In this document: positions 24,277 to 40,267 of the stretch, piece by piece
Position numbering within the stretch: position 1 is the stretch's first letter
Layout of the letters: every line of letters starts with the position of its first letter
DNA from: an uncultured Alphaproteobacteria bacterium
GTDB lineage: Bacteria; Pseudomonadota; Alphaproteobacteria; UBA8366
DNA length: 64,000 nt
Reading direction: 5' to 3'
Assembly: GCA_963711215.1 (NCBI GenBank)
Contig: CAVQDH010000012.1
Span: forward strand, 7,316 to 71,315
The notes under the pieces: model-generated
The model's database searches: none
What the model was told of the DNA's origin: nothing
Seen by the model: only the letters and a program-made list of their open reading frames with translations
Translations under genes and position numbers: made by a program

Positions 24277-25089
24277 TCAATCGGCATCGAGGAATTCGTG
24301 AACGCGCCGCCAGGTGTCGGCATCGGGCGCGGCGAGCAGGCTGCGGAATTTCTCGGTCGCCCGGTAGGGCGCGCCGTCCCGCCGCGCGGCATAGCCGCCG
24401 GCCTCGCGATGGATCAGAACGCCGGGCGCATGGTCCCACTGCCACATGCTGGCGAACACGCCGATATGGACGCGGGCGCCGGCGAGCGCGCGGAAGGCGC
24501 TGCCGACGCTGCCGATCGGCACGACCGCCGCGAACGCCCCTTGGCGCGCGCGGACCGTCTCGCCTTCCTCATAGGTGTAGACGTTGGGATGGACGTAGCA
24601 GCGCATCTCGGCAAGATCGCCCGCCGGGGCGACGGAAAGCCGGCGGTCCCCATCCCACGCCCCCTCGCCCCGCGCCGCGTAGCTCGTCTCGCCGCTGACC
24701 GGATCGTGCACCCAGCCGGCCAGCGTCTCGCCGTCCTGCAGCAGCGACACGTAGATGCCGAAGCCCGCTTCGCCCTTGAGGAAGGTCTTGGTGCCGCCGA
24801 TCGGGTCGATCAGCCAGACCGGCTTGTCGCCCGCCAGCAGGTCGAGCAGCGCCGGATCGCGGAAAACCGCTTCCTCGGCCACCACGACCGAGCCCGGCAG
24901 CAGCCCCGCGAGCAAGCGGGTCAGGCGCTTTTCCGAGGCGATGTCGGCGACCGTGACCGGGTCGTCAGGCCCCTTCTCCATGACGTCGCCGGCGCCAAGC
25001 GAACGGAAGCGCGGCAGGATGTCTTCCGCCGAGGTTTCTTTCAGGCAGGCGATGACGCGCGCCGGGTCGGGCAGGTTCGGGTATCGCAT
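24277..25089 (-). CDS. Inositol monophosphatase family protein (paralog 1)
   Basis: Intact 270 aa. Motifs: VTVADIASEK, WLIDPIGGTKTF, WQWDHAPG. Confidence 0.8.
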   Translation of the reverse strand: MRYPNLPDPARVIACLKETSAEDILPRFRSLGAGDVMEKGPDDPVTVADIASEKRLTRLLAGLLPGSVVVAEEAVFRDPALLDLLAGDKPVWLIDPIGGTKTFLKGEAGFGIYVSLLQDGETLAGWVHDPVSGETSYAARGEGAWDGDRRLSVAPAGDLAEMRCYVHPNVYTYEEGETVRARQGAFAAVVPIGSVGSAFRALAGARVHIGVFASMWQWDHAPGVLIHREAGGYAARRDGAPYRATEKFRSLLAAPDADTWRRVHEFLDAD

Positions 25090-25098
25090 GGGGCCTTT

Positions 25099-27683
<2,585 letters not shown>

Positions 27684-27720
27684 CTATCTGATCCTCTTCT
27701 CTGAAATCTGCGTTCCGGCG

Positions 27721-28008
27721 TCAGCCGATGACGCCCATGATGTCGCTTTCCTTCATGATCAGCAGGTTTTCCCCGTCAATCTTCACTTCGGTCCCCGACC
27801 ACTTGCCGTAGAGAATCCGGTCGCCCTTCTTGACGTCCGGCTTCACGACGCGGCCTTCTTCGCTGCGCGCGCCCGCGCCGACGGCGATGATCTCGCCCTC
27901 GGAAGGCTTCTCCGTCGCGGTATCGGGAATGATGATCCCGCCCTTGGTCTTGGTTTCCGCGGTCAGCGGACGGACAACAACTCGATCATGTAGAGGCCTG
28001 ATTTTCAT
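27721..28008 (-). CDS. groES: Co-chaperonin GroES
   Basis: Intact 95 aa: [15 protein letters not shown]...GGIIIPDTA...[19 protein letters not shown]. Confidence 0.95.
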   Translation of the reverse strand: MKIRPLHDRVVVRPLTAETKTKGGIIIPDTATEKPSEGEIIAVGAGARSEEGRVVKPDVKKGDRILYGKWSGTEVKIDGENLLIMKESDIMGVIG

Positions 28009-28067
28009 TCGGCTCTCCCCTTCCTAGCTGGGATGGTTCCGATTATTCGGTCACCGTGGCGCGTACC

Positions 28068-28094
28068 TTGGCACTCGCCCACCGTGAGTGCTAG
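28068..28094. promoter_or_regulatory. CIRCE operator (HrcA binding site) upstream of groES
   Basis: TTGGCACTC-N9-GAGTGCTAG versus the consensus TTAGCACTC-N9-GAGTGCTAA. It lies 60 nt upstream of the groES start. Confidence 0.85.
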
Positions 28095-28097
28095 CGC

Positions 28098-28125
28098 ATA
28101 TAAGATGCAGGCAAAAAAGAGTCAA
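28098..28125 (-). promoter_or_regulatory. Putative sigma70-type groESL promoter (-35 TTGACT, 16-nt spacer, -10 TTATAT)
   Basis: The minus strand reads TTGACTcttttttgcctgcatcTTATATgcg immediately upstream of CIRCE. The -35 overlaps the hflX stop codon (28122..28124). Confidence 0.6.
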
Positions 28126-29456
28126 CCGGCGGCGGACAATTGATCCCACCCGGGCAAGGGCTTTTTGCCGAATCGGTGCTCGAACCGGGCCAGATCGGCC
28201 GGCTCCAGCGTCACCCGGACGGTCGCCTCCCCGTCCTGGTCCTCCCGCCCGACCACGGTGCCATGGGCGTAGAGCCAGGCCAGCGCGGCGCCGTCGGCGA
28301 GATCGAGCCGAAAGCGGTGCAGCCCGCGCGGCGTCGCCAGGATACGGTCCAGCAGGACCAGCAGGTCCTCGCAGCCGTCCCCCGTGCGCGCCGACACGGC
28401 GACCGCGTCCTGCTCCCGCCGGACCCGCTGGCGCACCAGATCGCGGGCGGCCGGGTCGAGCAGGTCGATCTTGTTCAGCACTTCGATCTGGCGCTGCCCC
28501 TCGGGCAGGTCGAGCCCCGCCAGCACCTGCTGCACGTCGGCTTTCTGGATCTCGGTCTCCGGATGCGCCACGTCCCGCACATGCAGGATCAGGTCGGCTT
28601 CCGTCACCTCCTCCAGGGTCGCGCGGAACGCGGCGACGAGATGCGTCGGCAGCTGGGAGATGAAGCCGACCGTGTCGGACAGGATGAAGCGCTGGCCGGA
28701 GGGCAGCGTGACCTGGCGCATGGTCGGATCGAGCGTGGCGAAGAGCTGGTTCTCGGCGAAGACGCCCGCCTGGGCAAGCCGGTTGAACAGGGTCGATTTG
28801 CCGGCGTTGGTGTAGCCGACCAGCGCGACCACGGGATACGGCACCTTGCGCCGGGCCCGGCGGTGCAGCGCGCGGGTGCGCTGGACGCTCTCGAGCTCGC
28901 GCCGCAGCCGGGCGATTCGCTCGCCGATCAGCCGCCGGTCGATTTCGAGCTGGCTTTCGCCGGGACCGCCGAGGAAGCCGAAGCCGCCGCGCTGCCGCTC
29001 CAAGTGGGTCCAGCTGCGCACCAGCCGGGACCGCTGGTAGCTGAGCGCCGCCAGCTCGACCTGCAGCCGGCCTTCATGGGTCCGCGCCCGGGCGCCGAAG
29101 ATCTCCAGGATCAGGGCGGTACGGTCGATGACCTTGGCCTGAAGGCCGCGCTCCAGAGTTGCGCTGCTGCACCGGCGAGAGCGCCGCGTCGACGATGACC
29201 ACGTCGATCTCCAGCGCCTCGATCACGCCGCGCAGCCGTTCGACCATGCCCGATCCGAGAAAGGTGGCGGGCACGATTCGCGCCAGGCGCAGGATTTCCC
29301 GATGCGCCACCACGAGGTCGATCGCCAGCGCCAGCCCGACCGCTTCGTCGAGCCGTGACTCGGATTCGCGCTGCGGCGCGGCGGCGCCGTCAAGAGCACG
29401 GTGTCGCAGCTCCGGGCACAGTACCGCGGCCCGGCCGACGAAGGCCCATGCGTCAT
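28122..29456 (-). pseudogene. hflX: GTPase HflX; frame break ~29155 and probably another near the N-terminus (~29445)
   Basis: G-domain GYTNAGKSTLFN, DTVGF and NKID lie in ORF 28122..29021. The N-domain LVVAHREILRLARIVPATFLGSGMVERL...SPVQQRN lies in ORF 29074..29313. The connecting LERGLQAKVIDRTALILEIFGARARTHEGRLQVELA needs removal of one base in aacTctggag. The start codon is not resolved (ATG 29456 or GTG 29471). Confidence 0.85.
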
Positions 29457-29496
29457 GGGCGTCCCGTTCACATCGGTCCGGTCCGCCCTTTCCGGC

Positions 29497-29748
29497 TTAC
29501 GCGTCGCCACTCTCCGCCTTGGAATCGAACAGCTGTACCGGTTGGGCCGGCATCACAGTCGATATCGCGTGCTTGTAGACGAGCTGAGAATGCGCGTCAC
29601 GGCGCAGCAATACGCAGAAATTATCAAACCAGGTAATGATCCCTTGTAACTTGACACCGTTCACCAGGAAAATGGTGACCGGCATCTTGGCCTTACGGAC
29701 GTGATTTAGGAATACGTCCTGCAGATTTTGGCCCTTCTCCGAAGACAT
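29497..29748 (-). CDS. hfq: RNA chaperone Hfq
   Basis: Intact 83 aa: [58 protein letters not shown]. Confidence 0.95.
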   Translation of the reverse strand: MSSEKGQNLQDVFLNHVRKAKMPVTIFLVNGVKLQGIITWFDNFCVLLRRDAHSQLVYKHAISTVMPAQPVQLFDSKAESGDA

Positions 29749-29863
29749 AGGCTAGTCCCTTTTTTGTCGTTGGGGCTCAAGGTGAACCCGGCAACTTCCA
29801 CTTTGTTAATCATATGGGGCATAGCGATTAATCTGCAATGACCCCTCTCCGAATGGCACCAGT

Positions 29864-30536
29864 TTACAACGCGACCACGCAACTCGCTAGCTCTATACAC
29901 GACCGAAATAGAACTTTTGGTTGAAAAAAAATGAACTCTTCACCCAGAGGATCGGCCGGACCAAGCAACACGGGCGTGCATCCGGTCTTATGCGCGATTT
30001 CCATGTCGATCCCGGCGTCACCAACAAACCATACGTCATCACCCGCCGGAATACTGCTACCGTCGAGTGCCATATGGACCGGATCTTCAGCCGGCTTGTC
30101 CCGGGCCGCGTCGCCGGCCCCGACCATCCGGTGAAAATACCGGTCCCAATCCAGATGCCGCGCTTCCGCGCGCAAGTACCGTCCGGTCTTGTTGCTGACG
30201 ACCGCGAGGCAGACCCCCGACGCGTGCATCGCCTGCAGCATATCACCCGCCCCCGGCAGCGGCGTAAGGCATTCCAGATGCAGCCGCTCGTACGCGTCAT
30301 AGAAGCGCCGCGCCGCATCCTCCCACGCGTCGCCGAACAGCTTCGGGAAGGACTCCCGCATCGAGTAGCGCACCCGCTCGCGCGTCTGCTCGAGCGTCCA
30401 CGGCTCGTGTCCCATGGCCTCGAAGGTCTCGACCAAGGCCGCATGGATCGTTCCCCAGCTGTCGACAAGCGTGTTGTCCCAGTCGAAGATGACCGCGCGT
30501 GGCCGCGTGATCCCGGATTGGCAGAGATGCGCTCAC
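29864..30536 (-). pseudogene. HAD-family hydrolase (phosphoglycolate phosphatase-like); frame break ~30512
   Basis: Motif I AVIFDWDNTLVDS, SNK, and GDAGIDMEIA. The motif I frame has no start codon. GTG 30536 (VSASLPIR) joins it if one g of ccGgga is dropped. The GTGA start overlaps the upstream gene's stop. Confidence 0.7.
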
Positions 30537-31439
30537 CCAGCCCGCCTGACCCTTTCCGGCTTCGGCTTTGCGGTCGCGTCCTGGCGCAGGCCCCGGCAAT
30601 AGTCCATGTAGCAGGCGAAGATCCGCCGGCTCAGCGGGCCCGGCTTGCCGTCGCCGATGGTCGTGTCGTCGATGGTGACGACCGGGGTCGCAAAGGAGGT
30701 CGCGCTCGAAGTGAAGGCCTCGCGCGCCGCCTTGGCTTCCTCGACGCTGAACGGCCGCTCTTCGAAGGTTATTCCCTCTTCGCGCGCAATCCGCAGGATC
30801 GACAGCCGGGTAATGCCGTTCAAGATGGCATAGGTCGCCGGCCGGGTGACCAGCTTGCTGTCATGGGTGACGATCCAGGCGTTGCTCGACGTGCCTTCGG
30901 TCACCATGCCGTCCGCGTCGACCTGCCAGGCCTCGTAGGCGCCGGCGCGCGCCGCCATGGTCTTGCCGATGACAGTTCGGCAGCAGCGACACGGTCTTGA
31001 TGTCGCAGCGCTGCCAGCGGATATCCGGGATCATGATGACCTTGACGCCCTCGGCGAACTTGGCGCTGTTGGAATAGTCCGACTGCCGCGTCGTCATCAC
31101 CACCGACGGAGACACCGACGCGCCCGGATACTTGTGGTCGCGGGGCGACACGCCGCGGGTGATCTGCATGTAGAGCAGCCCGTCCTTGATCCGGTTCCGC
31201 CGCACCAGCTCGCGCATCACCATCTTCAGCACCACCCGGGTCATCGGCATGGCGATCTCGAGCTCGCCGAGCGACCGCTCGAGCCGGTCGAGATGCGGCT
31301 CCTCGTCGATCATCCGGCCGCCGATGATGGTGACGACCTCATAGACGCCGTCGGCGAACTGATAGCCGCGATCCTCGATATGCACCGCGGCGCTGTCATG
31401 GGGCACGTAGCGCCCGTTCACATAAGCCTGTCTCGCCAT
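30533..31439 (-). pseudogene. Class IV aminotransferase (D-amino-acid / branched-chain type); frame break ~30975
   Basis: MARQAYVNGRYVPHDSAAVHIEDRGYQFADGVYEV...LYMQITRG lies in ORF 30861..31490 (start taken at 31439). The C-terminal part MAARAGAYEAWQVDADGMVTEGTSSNAWIV...ILNGITR lies in ORF 30533..30958. There is an extra t in aacTgtcatcgg. Confidence 0.8.
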
Positions 31440-31522
31440 TGCGATCCCTTTCTTCTCCCCGACCGCGACCCGGTTGCCGGCGCGCGCCATCGATTTGCGT
31501 GTTCTAGAAATATGATGAAGAC

Positions 31523-32896
31523 CTAGAAAAACTCCAGCCTTACGGCAAACAGCTTTTCGACTTTCTTGACCGAGCCCGAGGTCGCCAGCAGGATCACCCG
31601 GTCGCGCGACCGGACGTCGGTATCGCCGCGCGGGATGATCACCTCGCCGTCGCGGACGATCGCGCCGATGATCACGCCGGCCGGGAACTTGCCTTCCTTG
31701 ATCTGCGAACCGACCAGGGGCGAGGTTTCCAGCGCTTCCGCCTCGATGATCTCGCCGAAGCCGTCGCGCAGCGAGTGCACTGCCCGGATACGGCCGCGCC
31801 GGATATGCTGGAGGATGGTCGAAACGGTGATCGCCCGCGGATTGACCAGCACGTCGATGCCAAGCGTGGTGACCAGCGAGGAATAGGTCGTCTTGTTGGC
31901 GAGCGCAATCGTCCGCTCCACGCCATAGCGCTTGGCGAGCAGCGAGCCCAGGATGTTGGTCTCGTCGTCGTCGGTCACCGCGACCACGGTGTCGGCCGAG
32001 CGGATGTTGATCTCCTCGAGGATCTCGGCGTCCAGGCCGTCGCCCCAGGTGACCATCGTGTCGGGCAGCAGGGAGGCGATCTTGCGCGCCCGCGCCTGGT
32101 CACGCTCGACGATGCGCGCGGTCATGTCGGGCGTCGCCTCGATCAGCTTGGCGAGGTTGAGGCCGATATTGCCGCCGCCGATGATCACCATGCGGTGCGC
32201 TTCCTGCTCCTGGTAGCCGAAGGCGGCGAGCGCGCGCGGGACATGGTCGGTGTCGGCGACGAAGTAGACCTCGTCCCCCGGCACCATCTGGTCGGTGGAC
32301 TTCGGGATGAAGGCGTTTTCCTCGTGCACGATGCCGACGACGACGATATGCAGGTCGGGAAACAGCTCGGTGAGCTGGCGCAGCGGCGTGTGGACGATCG
32401 GGCAATCTTCCATGCAGCGCACGCCGATCACCCGCACCTTGTCCTCGGCCAGCGGGATCATGTCGAAGGCGCCCGGCACCGCGAGCCGGCGCGAGATCGC
32501 CTGCGCCACCTCGATCTCCGGCGAGATGATGACGTCGATCGGCATGTGGTCGCGGCTGAACAGATCGGCCCAGACCGGCTCGAGGAAGCTCTGCTGGCGG
32601 ATGCGCGCGATCTTGGTCGGCACGTTGAACAGCGAATGCGCCACCTGGCAGGCCACCATGTTGACCTCGTCGGCGAAGGTGACGGCGATGATCATGTCGG
32701 CGTCGGCGGCGCCCGCATTCTCCAGCACGTCGGGCTGCGAGGCGTTGCCGACGAAGGCCTGCACGTCGAGCGTCTCGTTGACCCGCGCGATCAGCTCCGG
32801 CGCCTGGTCGATCACCGTGACGTCGTTCTGCTCGCTCGCGAGATAGCTTGCGATGTGATAGCCGACCTGACCGGCCCCACAGATGATAACCTTCAT
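31523..32896 (-). CDS. trkA: Trk system potassium uptake protein TrkA
   Basis: Intact 457 aa. Two Rossmann motifs (IICGAGQVGYHIA, VIIGGGNIGLNLA) and two RCK_C-like segments. Confidence 0.92.
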   Translation of the reverse strand: MKVIICGAGQVGYHIASYLASEQNDVTVIDQAPELIARVNETLDVQAFVGNASQPDVLENAGAADADMIIAVTFADEVNMVACQVAHSLFNVPTKIARIRQQSFLEPVWADLFSRDHMPIDVIISPEIEVAQAISRRLAVPGAFDMIPLAEDKVRVIGVRCMEDCPIVHTPLRQLTELFPDLHIVVVGIVHEENAFIPKSTDQMVPGDEVYFVADTDHVPRALAAFGYQEQEAHRMVIIGGGNIGLNLAKLIEATPDMTARIVERDQARARKIASLLPDTMVTWGDGLDAEILEEINIRSADTVVAVTDDDETNILGSLLAKRYGVERTIALANKTTYSSLVTTLGIDVLVNPRAITVSTILQHIRRGRIRAVHSLRDGFGEIIEAEALETSPLVGSQIKEGKFPAGVIIGAIVRDGEVIIPRGDTDVRSRDRVILLATSGSVKKVEKLFAVRLEFF

Positions 32897-32917
32897 GGTC
32901 GTCGACCGTTTCCGCGC

Positions 32918-34319
32918 TCAAGCGCCTGTCTTGGTGACGCGCTCGGCATTGTGCACGCCGAGCCCCTTGAGTTTCCGGTGCAATGCCGCGCGATCCATGC
33001 CGACGAAGCCGGCGGTGCGGCTGATGTTGCCGCCGAAACGCGCGAGATGGAATGTGAGATATTGCCGCTCGAAGTCTTCCCGCGCCTCGCGCAGCGGCTG
33101 GTTCATGATGCCGAGCGACGCGTCGGAGCGCAGGAAATCGGGCGAGCCGCCGCCGATCGCGTCCGCCACCGCATCCGCCCGCACCGGCGCGTCCGGATCG
33201 CCCGAATTCGGCAGCAGCAGCCGCTCGATGACGTTGACGAGCTCCCAGACGTTGCCCGGCCATTCATAGGCCTGCAGCGCGATCAGGGCCTCTTCGGACA
33301 GGCACGCGGGGCGCCCGCCCCTTCGCCGCCGCGCAGCGCACCATTACCTGTTTGGAGAGCTCGGGAATATCGGCGCGGCGCACCTCCAGCGGCGGCACCA
33401 TCAGCGGCACCACGTTGAGGCGGTAGTAGAGGTCCTCGCGGAAGTTCCCCGCTTCGATCTCGCGCTTCAGGTCGCGGTTCGTCGTCGCGATGACCCGGAC
33501 GTCGACCTCGACCCAGCCTTCGCCGCCGAGGCGGTTGAAACGCGGCCGGTGCAGCACGCGGACGATCTTGGCCTGCGTCTCCATCGGCATGTCGGCGATC
33601 TCGTCGAGCAGCAGCGTGCCGCCATGCGCCTGCTCCAGCACGCCGACGCGGCGCGCCGAATTGGCCGTCGCCTCGGTCCCGAACAGCGCCAATTCGAGCC
33701 GGTCCGGCTCCAGCCCGGCGCAGTTGAGCACGACATAGGGCCCCTTGGCCCGGTTCGACTGATCGTGCAGCAGGCGCGCGACGACGCTCTTGCCCGATCC
33801 CGGCGAGCCGGTGATCAGCACGCGGCTGTCGGTCGGCGAGACCTTTTCGAGCGCCTGGCGCAGATGGACGATCGCCGGCGAATTGCCGGTCAGGTCGACG
33901 ATCGGGCCGCCGACCTGCTCCTTGAGCACGCGGTTTTCCTGGCGCAGCCGGGCGTCTTCGAGGGCGCGCGCGATGGTGTGCAGCAGCACGTCCGACTTGA
34001 ACGGCTTGGTCAGGAAGTCGTAGGCGCCCATCTTGGTCGCGCGCACCGCCATGTCGAAGGTGGCGTGGCCGCTGATCATGACGACCTGCTGGTCGGGATT
34101 GTCGCGGCGGATCATGTCGAGCATCTGCAGCCCGTCATACTGGCTGTTCTGCAGCCACACATCGAGAATGATCAGGCTCGGCTGGCGCGACTGGATGGTG
34201 CTGAGCGCCTCCGCGCTGCTGCCCGCCTCACGCGTCGCATAGCCCTCGTCTTGCAGGATCCCCGCAATGATCTTGCGGATATCCGCCTCGTCGTCGACGA
34301 TCAGGATATCATTGGCCAT
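32918..34319 (-). pseudogene. ntrX: Nitrogen assimilation response regulator NtrX (sigma54-type AAA+); frame break ~33303
   Basis: Receiver ILIVDDEADIR...ILDVWL, Walker A GSPGSGKS, and LLLDEIADMP lie in ORF 33264..34319. The C-terminal LSEEALIALQAYEWPGNVWEL... plus the Fis-type HTH (ISRTAGFVGMDRAALHRKLK) continue in the frame of ORF 32918..33184. Confidence 0.88.
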
Positions 34320-36602
34320 CAGGCCCTACCTCCCGGGACAAGAGCTGCGCCGCCCATCTCGGCCGCCATCTCGGCGCGCGCTTCTTCCTGGCTGGCCGGA
34401 TTGCCCGGCAGCTCGAGCCGCACCCGCGCGCCGCCCGACGGTGCGTCGTCGAGGCGTATGCGGCCCCCGTGGTCTTCCATGATTTTCTTCACGATGGCAA
34501 GCCCGAGACCGGTGCCTTTGAGCCGTGTCGTGAAATACGGCTCGGTCAGGCGCTCGCGCGCCTCCTGCGGCAGGCCCTTGCCGTTGTCTTCGACTTCGAT
34601 GGCGGTCGTTCCCTCCTCGTTGATCAGCCGGACGATGATCTTCCCCGGCGCCAGGCCGGCCCCTTCCCGCCCATCGATCGCTTCCGCGGCGTTCAGCAGC
34701 AGATTGGTCAGCGCCTGGCTCAGCTGGCGGCCGTCGCAGCGATAGTATACCGCATGGTCCGGCAGCTCCGACGTGATCGAGATCTTTCCATGCGCGGCGC
34801 GCTGCAGAAAGATGGTCTGGCGGCATAGATCGGTGAGGTTCTCGAGCCGCATCACCGGCGCCGGTACCCGCGCGAAGCTGGAAAACTCCTCGACCATGCG
34901 CCCGATATCGCCGACATGCCGGACGATCGTGTCGGTGCAGGTCGCGAAAGTCTCAGGGTCGCTGGTAATCTCGCGGAGATATTTCCGCTTCAGGCGCTCC
35001 GCCGAAAGCTGGATCGGCGTCAGCGGATTGCGGATCTCGTGCGCGATGCGGCGCGCCACGTCGGCCCAGGCGGCCTTGCGCTGCGCGGCGACGAGATCGG
35101 ACACGTCGTCGAAGGTGACGACATAGCCCTTTATCTCCGCGCCGTCGCGCTCCACCGTGACGCGGACCAAAAGCGTGTGGGTTTCCTTGGCGCGCTGCAG
35201 CCGGATTTCCGCCTCGATCGGCCGGCCGCTGCGCGACCGGCGGGCGTCGCTCAGGAGGTCTTCCATCTCCGGCACCAGCTCGCCCAGCGGATGGCCGACC
35301 ATGCGCTCGGCGGGAATGCCGAGCAGGTCCGAGCCGGACGCGTTCGGCAGGTTGACCCGGCCCTGCTCGTCGAGGCCGATGACGCCGGCCGACACGCCTT
35401 CGAGCACGGCCTCGGTAAAGCGGCGGCGCTGGTCGAGCTGGCGGTTGGCCTCCAGCAGCTCCTGGCGGTTCTGCTCCAGGTCGTTGGTCATGCGGTTGAA
35501 GGCGCGGCTGAGCGAGCCGATCTCGTCCGGCGCGCCCTGCTCGGGCACGCGCGCGGTCAGATCGCCGGCCCGCACCCGCTCGGTCGCCGCGATCAGCGCG
35601 CTCAGCGGCCGCGACAGCTGGGACGCCATCAGCAGGCCAACCCAGGACGCGGTCAGCAGCATGACGAGCGCGATGCCGACGAAGACCAGGGCGAAGCTGA
35701 CCTGCATGTCGGCGCGCTGGAATTCGAGGCGCTCGAACCGCTTGACCGCGCCGCGCGTCTTGGTCGGTGTGCGCGACCACCTTGGGATCGACCACCCGGC
35801 CGACGAACAGATACATGTCGAGGAAGCCGTCGAGCCGCACCAGCGCGCGCACCCGGTCGTCGTCGGTCCCGGTCAGGACCGCGACCTCGCCCTTGCGCGC
35901 GGTGTCGAGCGCGTTCTGCGGGATCGGGTCGATCTCGAGCAGGTAGGAGAAGCCGGAGCGGGCCCGGACGGCGCCGCTGCCGTCGAAGACGATCGCCTCG
36001 GACAGCTCGCGCACGCGGGTCTGGAAGTCGACGACGCGGTTGAACAGCTTGGGATTGTTCTCCAGCGCCGCCGCGTCGCGGCTGAGGTCCTGCGCCATGG
36101 CCAGCGCGTCCGCGCGGATGTTCTGCTTGTGCTCGTGCAGATAGGCCTCCGCGACGGCGACCGACTCCTCCAGCACCGTCCGCACCTGGCTGCTGAGCCA
36201 GGATTGCAGGCCGAAATTGAAGAACATGATGGACGCCAGCGCGACGATGATGGCGGGCACGACCGAGACGAATCCGAACAGCCGCACCATGCGCACATGC
36301 AGCCGCGAGCCGGCGGCGCCGCGCCGGCGCTCGACCCAGAGCGCCACGACTCGCCAGGCGATCACCACCGACAGCAGCAGGAGCACGATCAGGTCGGCGT
36401 AGAGCCACAGCAGCACCTGGCCGGGATCCGAGCCGAAGGGCGGGAATCCCCAAATCGCCGCGAAGGTTCCCGAGACGACGGCGACCGCCGCGACCGCGAG
36501 AGAGATCGCCAGGATGCGGCCGAGATGAACGCTGGCCGCCCAGGCGGCGAGCCGTTCCATCCGGCGATGTACGCCTGGTCCCAGTTGCTCTGTCGCGCTC
36601 AT
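34319..36602 (-). pseudogene. ntrY: Sensor histidine kinase NtrY; frame break ~35755
   Basis: The N-terminal TM region lies in ORF 34953..36602. HAMP, PAS, H-box HEIRNPLTPI and G-box GTGLGLAIV lie in ORF 34319..35707. The linking peptide ...AVKRFERLEFQRADMQVSF changes frame. The ATGA stop overlaps the ntrX start. Confidence 0.88.
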
Positions 36603-36707
36603 TGGGCGGTCAGGATTGTGTCGCCGATACGGATTTCAGTCTTCTGCAATGCGTCGCCGCCCGCCCGTTATATCCCCGGGCGATCGACCGTTGTCACCAA
36701 GAGCCGC

Positions 36708-38147
<1,440 letters not shown>

Positions 38148-38155
<8 letters not shown>

Positions 38156-39281
38156 CCTGGGTCTCCCTGTGCTTCATGACCGGCAGCATGACGCGGAACA
38201 AAGTGCGCCGCGGGCGGCTTTCGACGTCGATGACGCCGCCGTGCTCGCCCACGAGCTTGGCCACCAGGGCGAGGCCGAGGCCGGAGCCGCCCATTTTGGT
38301 GGTGATGAAAGGATCGAAAATCTGCCGGCGGAGGTTGTCGGGGATGCCGTCGCCGTTATCCTGCACGCCGACCACCAGCGGCAGATCCACCTGGCTCTCG
38401 GCGCCCGGGACGGCAAGCCGGAATCCCTGCTGGTAGGCCGTGCTGACGACGACCTCGCCGCCTTCCGACGGCGCCGCCTCGACCGCGTTCTTGACGAGAT
38501 TGAGGAAGATCTGGATCAGCTCGTCGCGGTTGCCGTAGACCGGCGGCAGCGACGGATCGTAGAGCTCCTTGATGTGCACGCTGGCGCCGAAGCCGGTCGC
38601 GCGCCAGGCGGATGACGTGCTCCAGCACCTCGTGGATGTTGACCGCGTCGCGGTCGATCGGCGGGCGGTCGGAAAACACCTCGAAGCGGTCGACGAGCTT
38701 ACAGATGCGGTCGACCTCGTCGATGATGAGCTGGGTGAGCTCGCGGTTCTGGCCGCTGCCCTCCTGCTCGATGAGCTGCGCCGCGCCGCGCACGCCCGAC
38801 AGCGGGTTCTTGATCTCATGCGCCAGCACGGCGGCCATGGCGGTGACCGACCGCGCCGCGTCGCGATGGATCAGCGACTGGTCGATGCGGCCGGCCATCG
38901 ACTGCTCGTGCAGCGTCAGCAGGATGCGCGCCGGGCTCGTCGCCGAGCGGCGCCAGATCGACCGCGACCGTATGGTTGCCGATGCGCGGAGTGGAGAGCC
39001 GGACGCCGAATTCCGACATGCTGTAGCCGCGCCGCCGGGTCTTGTGGACCAGCGCGAAGACCGGGCTGTCATGCGGAATGATGTCCTGCAGGTTGACGCC
39101 CGACAGCGTCGCCATGCTGCCCTGGAAGAACTGCTCGGCGGCAGGGTTCAGGTAGGCGATGTTGTCCTTGCCGTCGACCGCGATGATCGGCACCGGCAGC
39201 GACGCCATGATCGCATGCTCGATCGGCGATTCCGGCGCCGTCAGGACGCGCTCGGAAAAGCGGGGCTTCGCCGGGATTCAT
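38148..39281 (-). pseudogene. ntrB: Nitrogen regulation sensor kinase NtrB; three frame breaks (~38600, ~38928, ~39255)
   Basis: PAS-like [28 protein letters not shown]-box [10 protein letters not shown]-box [10 protein letters not shown], and G-box GGSGLGLALV are distributed over ORFs 39069..39281, 38816..39208, 38356..39072 and 38148..38819. The ATGA start overlaps the dusB stop. Confidence 0.88.
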
Positions 39282-40267
39282 GCGGCCATCCTCTCCGCCG
39301 CCGCGTCGTAGAATTCCGCGATGCGCCGGGCGACCTGCGCCGGCTCGTCGAGGCGGTTGACCTCGGCCCGGAAGGCGCCCGAACCGGGCAAGGCGCTGGA
39401 ATACCAGCAGATATGCTTGCGCGCGATGCGCGCGCCGTGGACCGAGCCGTAATGCCGCAGCAACGCGTCATAATGGTCCAGCACGACCGTCTTCTGCGCC
39501 GCCAGCGTCGGCTCGCAGAACTCATTTCCGTTCTCAAGAAACATGTGAATCTTTTTGATTATCCATGGATTTCCCTGTGCGGCCCGGCCGACCATCACGC
39601 CGTCCGCCCCGGAGAGCGCGAGGCAGCGGGCGGCATCTTCCGGGCCGGCGATATCGCCATTCGCGATCACCGGAATGGTCACGGCCTCCTTGACCCGGCG
39701 GATGAACCGCCAGTCGGCCTGGCCCTTGTAGAACTGGCAGCGGGTGCGGCCATGCACGGTGATCATCCGGATGCCGCATTCCTGGGCAATGCGGGCGATC
39801 GCCGGCGCATTGCGCGATTGATCGTCCCAGCCGGTGCGCATCTTGAGGGTGACCGGCACGGAGACCGCCTTCACCGTCGCCTCCATCAGCCGCGCGGCAA
39901 GCGCCTCGTCCCTGAGGATCGCCGAGCCGGACAGCTTGTTGACCACTTTTTTCGCAGGACAGCCGAAGTTGATGTCGATGATCGCCGCCCCGCGGTCGAC
40001 GTTGAGCCGGGCCGCTTCCGCCATCGCCTCGGGCTCGCAGCCGGCCAGCTGCACCGCCATCGGATACTCCTCGGCGCAGTCGGTCGACAGCTTGCGCATC
40101 TCGGCCCGCACGGCGCGGATCATCGCGTCGCTGGCGATCATTTCCGAGATCACGAGGCCCGCGCCGAGCCGGCGCACGAGGCGGCGGAAGGGTGCGTCGG
40201 TCACGCCCGACATGGGGGCCAGTAGGACCCGGGTTCCGATATCGATGGGCCCGATGCTAACGCCCAT
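39278..40267 (-). CDS. dusB: tRNA-dihydrouridine synthase B (NifR3 family)
   Basis: Intact 329 aa: [15 protein letters not shown]..., [16 protein letters not shown]. It has the conserved position upstream of ntrBC. Confidence 0.92.
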   Translation of the reverse strand: MGVSIGPIDIGTRVLLAPMSGVTDAPFRRLVRRLGAGLVISEMIASDAMIRAVRAEMRKLSTDCAEEYPMAVQLAGCEPEAMAEAARLNVDRGAAIIDINFGCPAKKVVNKLSGSAILRDEALAARLMEATVKAVSVPVTLKMRTGWDDQSRNAPAIARIAQECGIRMITVHGRTRCQFYKGQADWRFIRRVKEAVTIPVIANGDIAGPEDAARCLALSGADGVMVGRAAQGNPWIIKKIHMFLENGNEFCEPTLAAQKTVVLDHYDALLRHYGSVHGARIARKHICWYSSALPGSGAFRAEVNRLDEPAQVARRIAEFYDAAAERMAA

